Assembly (NCBI RefSeq): GCF_009914755.1
Contig: NC_060932.1
Strand: one strand, 5' to 3'
Source of the DNA: the human T2T-CHM13v2.0 reference genome, Homo sapiens
Length of the DNA stretch: 64,000 nt
Shown here: piece after piece, positions 53,985 through 64,000 of the stretch
Layout: each line of letters opens with the position of its first letter
Numbering within the stretch: the stretch's first letter is position 1
Translations under genes and position numbers: made by a program
Notes under the pieces: generated by a model
What the model saw: the letters and a program-made list of their open reading frames with translations, nothing else
The model's database searches: none
What the model was told of the DNA's origin: nothing

Positions 53985-55700
53985 TGAAAGTCAGACTTAT
54001 TGATGTAAAATTTACAAACATAAAAATTTTACCCATTGTATAATTCTATGAATTTTGACAAATACATACTTGAGTGATGAATATCAATTCAAGGTATAGG
54101 AATAGTCCTGTCATCAGGACTATTGTGTTTCCCCCAATGCTGTTTTAAGTCAATCCCCTTGCAGACTCCTAGTTTCAGAAAACAACTAATTTTTTTCTGT
54201 CCCTTTAATTTTGCATTTTTCAGAATATTTTATACCTTAAAAAACACAGTATGTGACTTTTGTGTCTGACTTCTTCCAATTATAATAATGCATGTAAGAT
54301 TTCTGAGTAATAATCTATTTTGATATTATATTACATAAATGTACTATATACATTGTTTATCCATTCACAAGTTGTTAGATACTTGGGTTGTTTCCAGTTT
54401 GACAATTATGAATAACAATTGTTTAAACATTTATGTACAGGATTTTGTGTACATGTAGGTTTTCATTTCTCTTGAGACTACAATTAGGATGCATAACAAA
54501 TTAAGTATTTGATTAACTTTCTAGGAAACTGCCAAATAGTTTTACACAGTCCCTATTACATTTTGCATACCCAAAAAGAACATGTGAGAGTTCCAGTTGC
54601 TCCATTCCCTTGTAGCATTTGAAATTGTTAAGTTTCTTTAAAGCCATTCTAAGAGAAAATAAGTGGTATCACATTGTAGTTTAAGTATGTATTTTCATAG
54701 TAATTAATAATGTTGGGTATTTTTCTTATGCTTATTTTTCTTTTGTATATCTTCTTTATTGAAATGTCTATTTTAATCATTTGTGCATTTATTATTGGGT
54801 TATTAGTTTATTATAAGATTTGAGTGTATAGTTTCATATTTGGTAAAACAGCCTTATGGTGGATAAGAATTTTGCAAAATATTTTCTCTAAGTCTATGAC
54901 TTGTGGTTTCATTTTTTATATCTTTTGAAAAGAAAAAAAATTATTCTGAGTCTAATTTATTGATTTTTTTTCCTGTTATGATCCAAGCTGTTCCTATTTC
55001 ATTTAAGATTCTTTTCTAAACCAAGGTAACAGAAATTTTCTCCTGTGTTTTCTTCTAAAAATTTTATAGTATTTTGGAACAGACCTCCAAGAATCGTTAC
55101 CTTGCATAAGGATGTTCAATCATTTCAGCACTAATGTTGCCATATGAAATTACATAACATTGGGAGTGATATCTCATGATACTTGGAGGTCTTTACCACA
55201 CTCAAGATGTGAAGATTATACAGGGTTTAATGATTGGGAGATTTTTATAAAATTATGCCTCCCACTTTGCCAAACTCAGTGATAATATGGGTTTGGATCA
55301 ATTTCTGGATCTATTGTTTTATTAATCTATATCTCTGTTTTTACCAATACCACATCAACTGAAACTTACCAGAAAGCCTTGATATCATGTAGTGTATAAG
55401 TCCTCTAAGTTTTTTCTTTAAAAAAAAGTTATTTCAACTATTTTAGTTCCTTTGTTTTCCCAGAAACATTCTAGAATCAGTTTGTCACTGTATACAAAAC
55501 ATCTGGTGAGATTAAGTCTATAGATGAATCTAGGGAGAGTTGACATTATAATAGTATTGAATCTTCTAATCAATTAACATAGTACATCTCTCCATTTATC
55601 TAGGCCTCATCTAACTCCTCTTTGCAATGTTTTGTAGATATGGCATACAAATCTTGCACATATTTTATTAGATTTACACCTTAGTTTTAGGGATATTATG
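53985..55700 (-). mobile_element. Old L1ME/MB-like ORF2/3' fragments
   Basis: tttatccattcac...ttgggttgtttccagttt...gaaactgccaaa...gagagttccagttgctcc. Confidence 0.75.
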
Positions 55701-55704
55701 GTAT

Positions 55705-58322
55705 TTTATTGTTTTTATTTTAATTTTTATTTTTTCGGTACAGATGGTTTTTGGTTACATGGATAATTTATTTAATGGTGATTTCTGAGATTCTGGTGCA
55801 CCTGTCACCTGAGCAGTGTACACTATAACCAATATATAGTTTTCATTTCTCACCCCAGTCTCAACATTTTCCTTGAGTCCCCAAAGTTTTTTATGTCGTT
55901 CTTATGCATTTGAGTTCTCATAGCTTAGCTCCCACTTACAAGTGAGAACGTACAACATTTGGTTTTCCATTCCTGAGTTACTTCACTTAGAATAATGGCC
56001 TCCAACTCCTTCCAAGTTGCTGCAAAAGACACTATTTCATTCTTTTTTATGGCCGAGTAGTATTTCATGGTGTACATATACCACATTTTCTTTATGCACT
56101 TGTTGGTTAATGGGCACTAAAGTTGGTTCCATATCTTTGCAATTGCAAATTGTGCTGCAATGACATGTATGTTTATGTGTCTTGTACATATAATGACTTA
56201 TTTTCCTTTGGGTAGACACACAGTAGTGGGATTGCTGGAACCAATGGTACTTCTACTTTTAGTTTTTTAAGGAATCTCCATGCTGCTTTCCATAGTGGTT
56301 GTACTAGTTTACCTTACCACCAGCAGTGTAAAAGTGTTCCCTTTTCATCATATTCACACAAACATCTATTATTTTTTGACTTTTTAATTATGGCCATTCT
56401 TGCAGGAGTTAGGTGGTACTTCGTTGTGGTTTTAATTTGTATTTCTCTGATAATTAGTGATGTTGAGCATTTTTTCCTATGTTTCTTGGCTGTTTGTATA
56501 TCTTCTTTTGAGAATGTCTATTCGTATCCTTTGTCCGCTTTTTGATGGGATTACTTTTTTCTTGCTGATTTGTTTGCATTCCTTGTAGATTCTAGATATT
56601 TGCCAGATGCATAGTTTTACAAATATTTTCTCACACCCAGTAGGTTGTCTGTTTACTCTGCTGATTATTTCTTTTGCTGTGCAGAAGCTTTTTAATTTAA
56701 TTAGGTCCCATTTATTTGTTTTTGTTGCATTTGCTTTTAAGGTCTTATGAATTCTTTGCGAAAACCAGTGTCACACACTTGGTGTGTGGGCAAGTTTACT
56801 GTCTCATATAGGGTTAGAATGGCAGGGATCTCTTGAAGCTTCTCTCGTTCTCTCATAGCATACACTTTATTTATTATTTTCTTCACTATTTTATTTACTG
56901 CGTTGATGACTCTAGCTTCAGTCCAATGGGGGAGGTACCAGTTGTAGCTGAGGCAGGTGGGTAGATGTAATACTCAGTGGTGGGCAGAGGTCCCAGCCTT
57001 GACAAAGGTAGATGGAGGCACTTTCAATTTGATGTGCTGAGGTTTTATCAGGGTGAAGAGTGGGAGCTTCCTCAGATCCCCTTCCAGGCCAGGAGGAAAG
57101 CTATTCACCTCACAGCCTCATGCTTCTCCCAGTGTTCCAGCTATTCAGATCAGACAGGCACCTCTTTTCATCTGCGGAAATGCCATGTTTCAAGTGGAGA
57201 GGAATTGTGACTCTGCCTCTTGTGCAGGCCTGAATCTGGGGAGTGCTCCTTCTGTGGGGCTGCAGTCACTGTGAATTATTCCAGGAAGGCTGTCCATAAG
57301 TGCACCCAAGCTGCATTCCCATGGGACAAGTCCCAGCTGTGTTTGCAGTGGTCTACCAGCAGGGACAAGGACCCCTTCTCCAAGGCCGTTCACAATCACA
57401 GAGACCGTTGGGGTAGAGAAGCAGACTTTCCATACTGTGCTCAACACAGCAATTGTGCTCTGCTGTAGAAAACTTCCCACAAGCAGAAAGATCTGGGGCG
57501 TTAGGCCTGCTGTTCAGATTCTTTTGTACGATGAGGTGTTCCCTTGATGTGGTGCTCTCCCCTTTCATATAGGAATGGGGCTTACTATGAGCTGGACTGT
57601 AGTGATTGTGATTGCTCTTCTGGGTGTAGCCACCCAGTGGGGCTATATGACTCCAGGCTGAGAAATGTCTGCAAAAGATCCAGTGATGTGACCTGTCTTC
57701 AGGTCTCCCAGAGGTGGATACCAGCAGATGCTCTAATGGAGGTGGCAGGGAAGAGACATAGACTCTGTGAGATTCCTTGGGTGTAGATAGGCTTAGTGTG
57801 CTGGCTTTCTCGAATGCTATGCTATTAGTAAACTTGTCAGGTGGACAGACTCAGGACCTTTGGTTAGCCGAGGTGTTGCAAGTAGTAGTGTTAGCTGAGA
57901 TCCCGCAGCTGTTTTCTCCTTCCTGGGTACAGTGTTATTCTGCCAAGAGGTGTTGTAATGGTCTGAGTTTCTTGACCTTTAGCCGGAAGATGGTGCTTGC
58001 AAGAGAGCACCAGCTGTGTAGTAGCAGTGCGATTTGAACTTGCCCTGTGTTGTCCAGGGGAAGTATTCTACTTTCTCAAGTGATGGACGGGGCCATAAGC
58101 TCCCAAAAGTTTATGACTATTTTGTTTAGAGTTTCTCTCCTGTCTTATGGAATAGGCTGCAGCCTTCTACTTCTTTTGAAGGGTCTGTGAATTCTTTTAG
58201 TTTTCCTGGTAAGTTCCTGTCATGTTTCTTGGAAAACAAATTCACAGTGTGAATCTCTACCCACTATTCTGTCCTTCCAAGTGGGAAAGACACACTACAC
58301 TGCTTCTTATCTGCCATCTTGA
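55705..58322 (-). mobile_element. L1PB-like element with both ends present and a large internal deletion
   Basis: Antisense 3'UTR/ORF2 end to ~56770 joined to GC-richer 5' region ending ctgccatcttg (minus strand caagatggc, L1 5' terminus). Confidence 0.8.
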
Positions 58323-58543
58323 AAAACAGTTGAAAAAAATAAAAATAAAAAAAGATTAATTGTATTTTAAATGGTACTTTTTAAATTTCCAAATTTTTAT
58401 TTCTATATATAAAATGCAAATGATTATTATTGTGTGTTAACCTTGTATCCTACAACTTTGCAATACTCCAAATAGTTTAAGTTTTGGTGCATTATATGAC
58501 GTTTTCTGTATCAACAATTATATTATTTGTAAATAGACAGGGA

Positions 58544-58855
58544 TGTTTTGTTTCGTTTTGTTTTGTTATTGAGACAAAATCTGGCTCTGTTGCCCAGGCT
58601 GGAGTGCAGTGGCACAATCTCGACCCTCTGCCAACTTCTGCCAGCCAGGTTCAAGTGATTCTCATGCCTCAGCCTCCTGAGTAGTTGGGACTAAAGGTGT
58701 CTGCCACCATGCCTAGGTAATTTTTTTGTAGTTTTAGTAGAGATGGGGTTTTGCCATGTTGGCCAGGCTGTTCTCAAACTCCTGACCTCAGGTGATCCAC
58801 CTGCCTTGGCCTCCCAAAGTGCTGGGATTACAGGTGTGAGCCATCATGCCTGGCC
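58544..58855 (-). mobile_element. Alu (AluSx-like) with (TTTTG)n tail
   Basis: Antisense full dimer. Confidence 0.96.
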
Positions 58856-58879
58856 AAATAGAAAGTTTTTTTATTTCTT

Positions 58880-61800
58880 CATTTACAACCTGTTGTTGTA
58901 CCTGGCCCTACAAAGCCAGTACTGTTTTTGTGTACCATTATCCCAGGATCCAGAGTCACCACTGCATGGTACCTTATTCCCCAGAGCCCAAGTTGCCACT
59001 GTGACCTGTTAGTCCCAGGTCTTGAATTGCAGCTGTGCCTTGTTCCCCAGGTACAAAGCCTCCAAAGCACTCCTTCTTCCCCAGTGCCATGGCAAAGCAC
59101 CCTGCTCCCAGTGGTCTGAATCACAACTACACCCCAGCCTTCAGGGCTGTAGCTGTTGGAATGTCCCTCGGAGAAACAGACACTAGCTTTATGAAAGAAC
59201 TGCATCTACTCATGTCTTGGAAAGTTAACACGCACCTTAGGTACTACAGTAGTTGTATAATCCAGAGCCCAGGAACTTGGCTCCACAGCTGCTTTCAGAA
59301 CCTGTTCCCTAGACCCCAGTTCTGCCATGGCTGCTTGTGGGCTGACACCAAGAAAGATCTTCTTATCTAAAACTCCTACTATTGGGAAGACAAGAACAAG
59401 AAGATCCCCGAAGCCTTTTCTCCAGTAATAAGTCCAGCCACTGTCACTGCCACCAATTCCTGCAGCCTAGATCACTGAGGCACCACAGCCATTGTTGATG
59501 TTGATCAAAATGGAATAAACTACACAGAGACGACACATTGTCCTATATGGAACAAGCGTCAACACACCCTATCCAATCAGCATGCTCAGGCACATCTTCA
59601 GGTGAAAGTATTCCCCTACCAAAGCCACTCTGTAAAGTTCAAAAGAGATTAATGGACCCAGATGCACAGATACTAATGCAGGGACACAAGGAAAATGAAA
59701 AAGCAAAGAAATATGACACCAGCAAAGGAACACAAGCATTTTCTAGTAACTGTCCACAAAGAAATACAAATTTATGAATTGTCTGAAAATGAATTCAAAA
59801 TAATGATCTGAAGGAAAGTCAGTCAGATGCAAGATAATACAAACAGATAAGTTAACAAAATCAGGACAACAATTTGCAATCTGAATGAGAAATTCAACAA
59901 AGTGATATTATTTACACACACACACACACAAAAACCCACCAGAAATCTTAGAGCCAAAGAATTTAACCAATAAAGCAAAAAAAAAAAAAAAAAATACAAT
60001 AGAGAGCTTCAACACCAGACTAGATCAAGCAGACGAAAGAATCTGTCTCTTGAAGATAGGTATTTTGAAACGACTCAGTCAGAGGGAAAAAAATGAAAAA
60101 CAGTGAAGACAGCCTATACAACTTATGGGACACCATTAAGCAAATAGTCACATTATGTGATTTCACACAGGAGAAGAGAAATAGAAAGGGACAGAAAACT
60201 TATTTAATGAAATAATTGATAAAAACTTCCCAAGTTTTGGGAGATATTTGAACATTCATTCCTGATTTCACACAGTTGTAGAGACAAGAAAGGCACAGAA
60301 AACTTATTTAATGAAATAATTGTTAAAAACTTCTCAAGTCTTAGGAGAGATTTAAACATTCATAGCCACGAAACTTGAAGCCCCCAAAAAGATACAACCC
60401 AAAGACATTTTCACCAAGGATGGTTGTAATCAGTTTCAAACATTAAAGAAAAGGAAAGAATTGTTAAAGCAGCAAGAGAAAAGTCTCAGGGAAGTCTCAT
60501 TAGACTATCAGCAGATTTCTCAGCGGGAACTTTGCAGGCCATTGGAGAGTGGTATTACATATTCAAAGTGCTGAAATTAAAAAAAAAAAAATCAGCCAAG
60601 GATAGTACATCCAGCAAACTGTTCTTCAGATATAAAGAAAAAACAATGTCCCAGACAAGCAAAAGCTAAAGAAATTTATCTCTGCTAGATCTTCCCTACA
60701 AGAATGTGTAAGGGAGTTCTTCAAGCAGAAAAGAAAGAATGATAGTTACTACCATGATTGCATATAAAAGTATAAAACTCACTGGTAGAAGTAAATACAC
60801 AGTCAAATTCACAATATTTCAATATGGTAATGGTGGTGTGTAAATCATACATATCTCTACTATGAAGGTTAAAAGTTAAAGCTGTCAAAAATTACTAAAG
60901 CCAAGGCCAAGTGCAGTGGCTCATGCCTATAATCCCAGAATTTTAGAAGGCCGAGGCGGGTGGGTCACTTGAGGGTAGGAGTCCGAGACCAGCCTGGCCA
61001 ACATGGTAAAACCCCATCTCTACTAAAAATATAAAAATTAGCTGGGCATGGTGGCACATGCCTGTAATCCCAGCTACTCAGGAGGGTGAGGCATGAGAAT
61101 CATTTGGGCCTGGGAAGAGGAGGTTGCAGTGAGCCGAGATCACATCTCTGCACTCCAGCTTGGGCAACAGAGTGAGACTCTGTCTCAAAAATAAAATACA
61201 TAAAAAATTAAAAAACAAAAATAATAAAAATCACTAAAGCCCCAAAATAAGTTAAGAAATACACAATATTAAAGAATGTGAATTGTTGTCTCATCAAATA
61301 CGTAAATTTGGGGTGGGCAGTAAAAGTCTAGAGTTTTGCATATGACAGAAGTTATCAGCTTAAAATAATTGATTATGAGACGTTTTATGTGAGCCTCATG
61401 GTAACCACAAAACAAAAACTATAGGAGATATATAAATAATGAAGTTGTAGGAATCAACACTTAACACTAGATAAAATTACCAATTGGCAAAGTAAACAAG
61501 AAAGGAAAAAAGAAACAAAAGAGCTACAAAACAATGAGAAAGCAATTGAAAATGGCAGGACTAAGTCCATACCTATTAATAACAACCTTGAATATAAATG
61601 GATTCAATTTTCCAATCAAAAGGCAGAGTAGCTGAGTGGATTTACAAACAAGATCCAAGTATATGCTGCCAACAAGAGACTTAAGCTTACCGGCACATAT
61701 GCTGGAAGTAAAAGGATAGAAAATATCCCATGCAAATGGTGACCACAAGAGAGCAGAAGTGGCTAATTTATATCTGATAATGTAGATTTTAAGTCAAAAA

Positions 61801-63665
61801 CTTTTAGCAAAGACAAAGGAGGTAATTATTTAATGATAAAAAATCAATTCAACAATTTTAAATATAGTAGCACCCAACATTGGAGCACCAAAATACACAA
61901 AGCAAACATTAGTGGGCATAAAGGAACAAATAGATAACAATAGAATAATACTAGGGGACTTCAATACCCCACTTTGAACAAAGAATAAATCAATAAAACA
62001 GAAAAATGATAAGGAAATATTGGACATGAATTGCATTTTTGACTAAATAGGCCAAACAGATGTGTAATATTTTCATCCAATGGCAGCAGAGTACACATTT
62101 TTCTTTAATGGACAGGAAGCATTCTCCAGAATCAACCATATGTTAGGCCACAATAGAAGTCTTAACAAATTTAAGGAGACTGAAATCATATCTAGCATCA
62201 TTTCAAACCACAGTGGCATGAAACTAGAGATCTATAACAAGAGAAATAATGGAAATTTTACAAATATGTGGAAATTAGCAACATTCTTCTAAACAACCAA
62301 ATGGATCAAAGAAGAAATCAAAAAGTAAACTTACAAATATCTTGATACATCATGAGACACACAACAGCAATAAATGCCTACATTAAAAATTAAAGAAATA
62401 CCAAATCAATAGTCTAACATTACACTTCAAGGAACCAGAAAAAGAACAAACTAAACCCAAAATTAGCAGAAAAAAGGTAAAAAAAAAAATAAAAAAAAAA
62501 GAAGTCAGAACAGAAATAGAATAAAATGGAGAACAGAAAAAAATAAATAACATTGAGTTCTTTTCCAAAAAAACTAATGAAAATTGACAAACAGCTAGTC
62601 TAAGAAAAAAAAGAGAAAACTCAAATAAATAAAAAATAAAAGAATCATAAGGCAATATTTTGAACAAATACATACTAACAAATTGGATAACCTAGAGTGA
62701 ATGGATAAATTCCTAGAGAAATACAACATACCAAGATCGACTGAGGAAGAAATAAGAAGCCTGAAAAGACAAATAACAAACAAAAAGATTGAAGAAGTAT
62801 TCAAAAACTTGCTGACAAAGAAAAGCTCAGGACAAGATGGTTTCCCAGCTGAATTCCACCAAACATTCAAATAAGAATAATACCAATTCTTCTTAAACTC
62901 TTTCTAAATATACAGTTATAAGGAATACTTTCAGATGCATTTTATGAGGCCAGCATCACCTTCATACATAAGACAGACAAGGATAATACAAGGAAAGCAA
63001 ACTACAGGCCATTTTCTCTGAATATTGATGCAAAAATTCTCAAGAAAAGTTTACCAAACCAAATTTAAAAACACATCAAAAAGATTATATATCATGGCAA
63101 AAAGGATTTAACCCTGACATGAAAGCCAGGGTTAACATATGCACATTAATCAATGTGACACATCACATTAACAAAATGAAAGATAAAAACAACATGATTA
63201 TCTTAGTGGATGCAGAAAAAGCATTAGTCAAAATCTAATATCGTTTTCATTACAAAAACTCTCAACAGTTTAGATATAGAAGAAAAGTTTTTCAACATAA
63301 TAAAGACAATTTATGGAAAAACTCAGCATAATCAACAAGAAACAACTGAAAGTTTTTCCATTAAGATCCAGTACAAGACAAGGATGCCTCCTCTCGTTGC
63401 TTCTATTTAACATAGTACTGGAAGTACTATCCAGAGCAATCAGACAAGAAAAAAAAGGCATTCAAATCAGAATGCAATGATTAAACCGTCTCTGTTTGCA
63501 AACGACATGATCCTGTATGTGAAAAATCCTGGGGATTTTGAAGAAAACCTGTTAGAATTAATAAATGAATTTAGTAAAGTTGCAGGATACAAAATCAACA
63601 TGGAAAAATCAGCTGCATTTTCCACACTAATAACAGCCTACTTGAAAAGGAAATTATTTCTTTTT
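58880..63665 (+). mobile_element. Old near-full-length L1 (L1MA/L1M-like): 5'UTR, degenerate ORF1, ORF2 EN and RT; 3' part missing
   Basis: ORF1-like cattagactatcagcagatttctcag (IRLSADFS); ORF2 start ATG 61552 MAGLSPYLLITTLNINGFNFPIKRQ; GDFNTP motif near 61955; RT LFANDMI near 63491; multiple stops. Confidence 0.92.
60905..61226 (+). mobile_element. Alu (AluS-like) in L1 inter-ORF region
   Basis: Full dimer; flanks aaaat(t/c)actaaagcc on both sides. Confidence 0.96.
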
Positions 63666-64000
63666 GCCATTTCCAAAGCTCTTTATTTCTTTTCTAGTTC
63701 AACAATTTTGTCTATGATGTTTTTCTTCTACCTGAAAATCTTCTTTTAATATATCTTACAGTACACATCTCTTGGCAAGAAGTTGTCTCAGATTTTTTTC
63801 TGACAAAGTTTTTATTTACTCTTATTATATAATGAGGTTCTTTCTCTGGACATTCTTTTCTTTCTCAACATCATCTGCTACTGCTGTGACCCTCACTCCC
63901 TGAAATAAATAGCAAATTTAGTCTACTAAGAGAAAAGAAAATTAATTACAACTATATTTGACTCTTCACTTTTCTTCAAAAATACCAGGCATATTCTCAC

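Noticed and set aside
61552-63749. Endonuclease/reverse transcriptase coding potential
   Set aside because: Fragmented L1 ORF2 with many stops and frameshifts, and catalytic FADD changed to FAND; not functional or domesticated.

Overview
AT-rich primate (human-like) non-coding genomic DNA, either intergenic or deep intronic. I cannot identify the locus. There is no CpG island and no supportable protein-coding exon, tRNA, rRNA or CRISPR array. The listed ORFs are Alu/L1/LTR read-throughs or chance frames. Roughly half the window is interspersed repeats: about 17 Alu/FLAM copies, many L1 fragments (including an old near-full-length + strand L1 at the right end), L2/MIR, MaLR (MST/THE1/MLT1), ERV1 solo LTRs (MER57-, MER34-, MER93-like and LTR12), ERVL internal remnants and DNA transposons. 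Family names come from recalled consensus similarity, not a database search. I found no convincing new biological system. The most unusual signals are: (1) an AluJ split by a 142-bp ungapped copy of unique DNA from 1.26 kb upstream, with a fold-back palindrome at the junction; (2) a perfect duplication-inversion-duplication scar at 2246-2301; (3) an A-rich element with Helitron-like termini at 13282-14155; (4) a 5'-inverted (twin-primed) L1; (5) a solo LTR12 retaining promoter motifs; and (6) several further micro-duplications.
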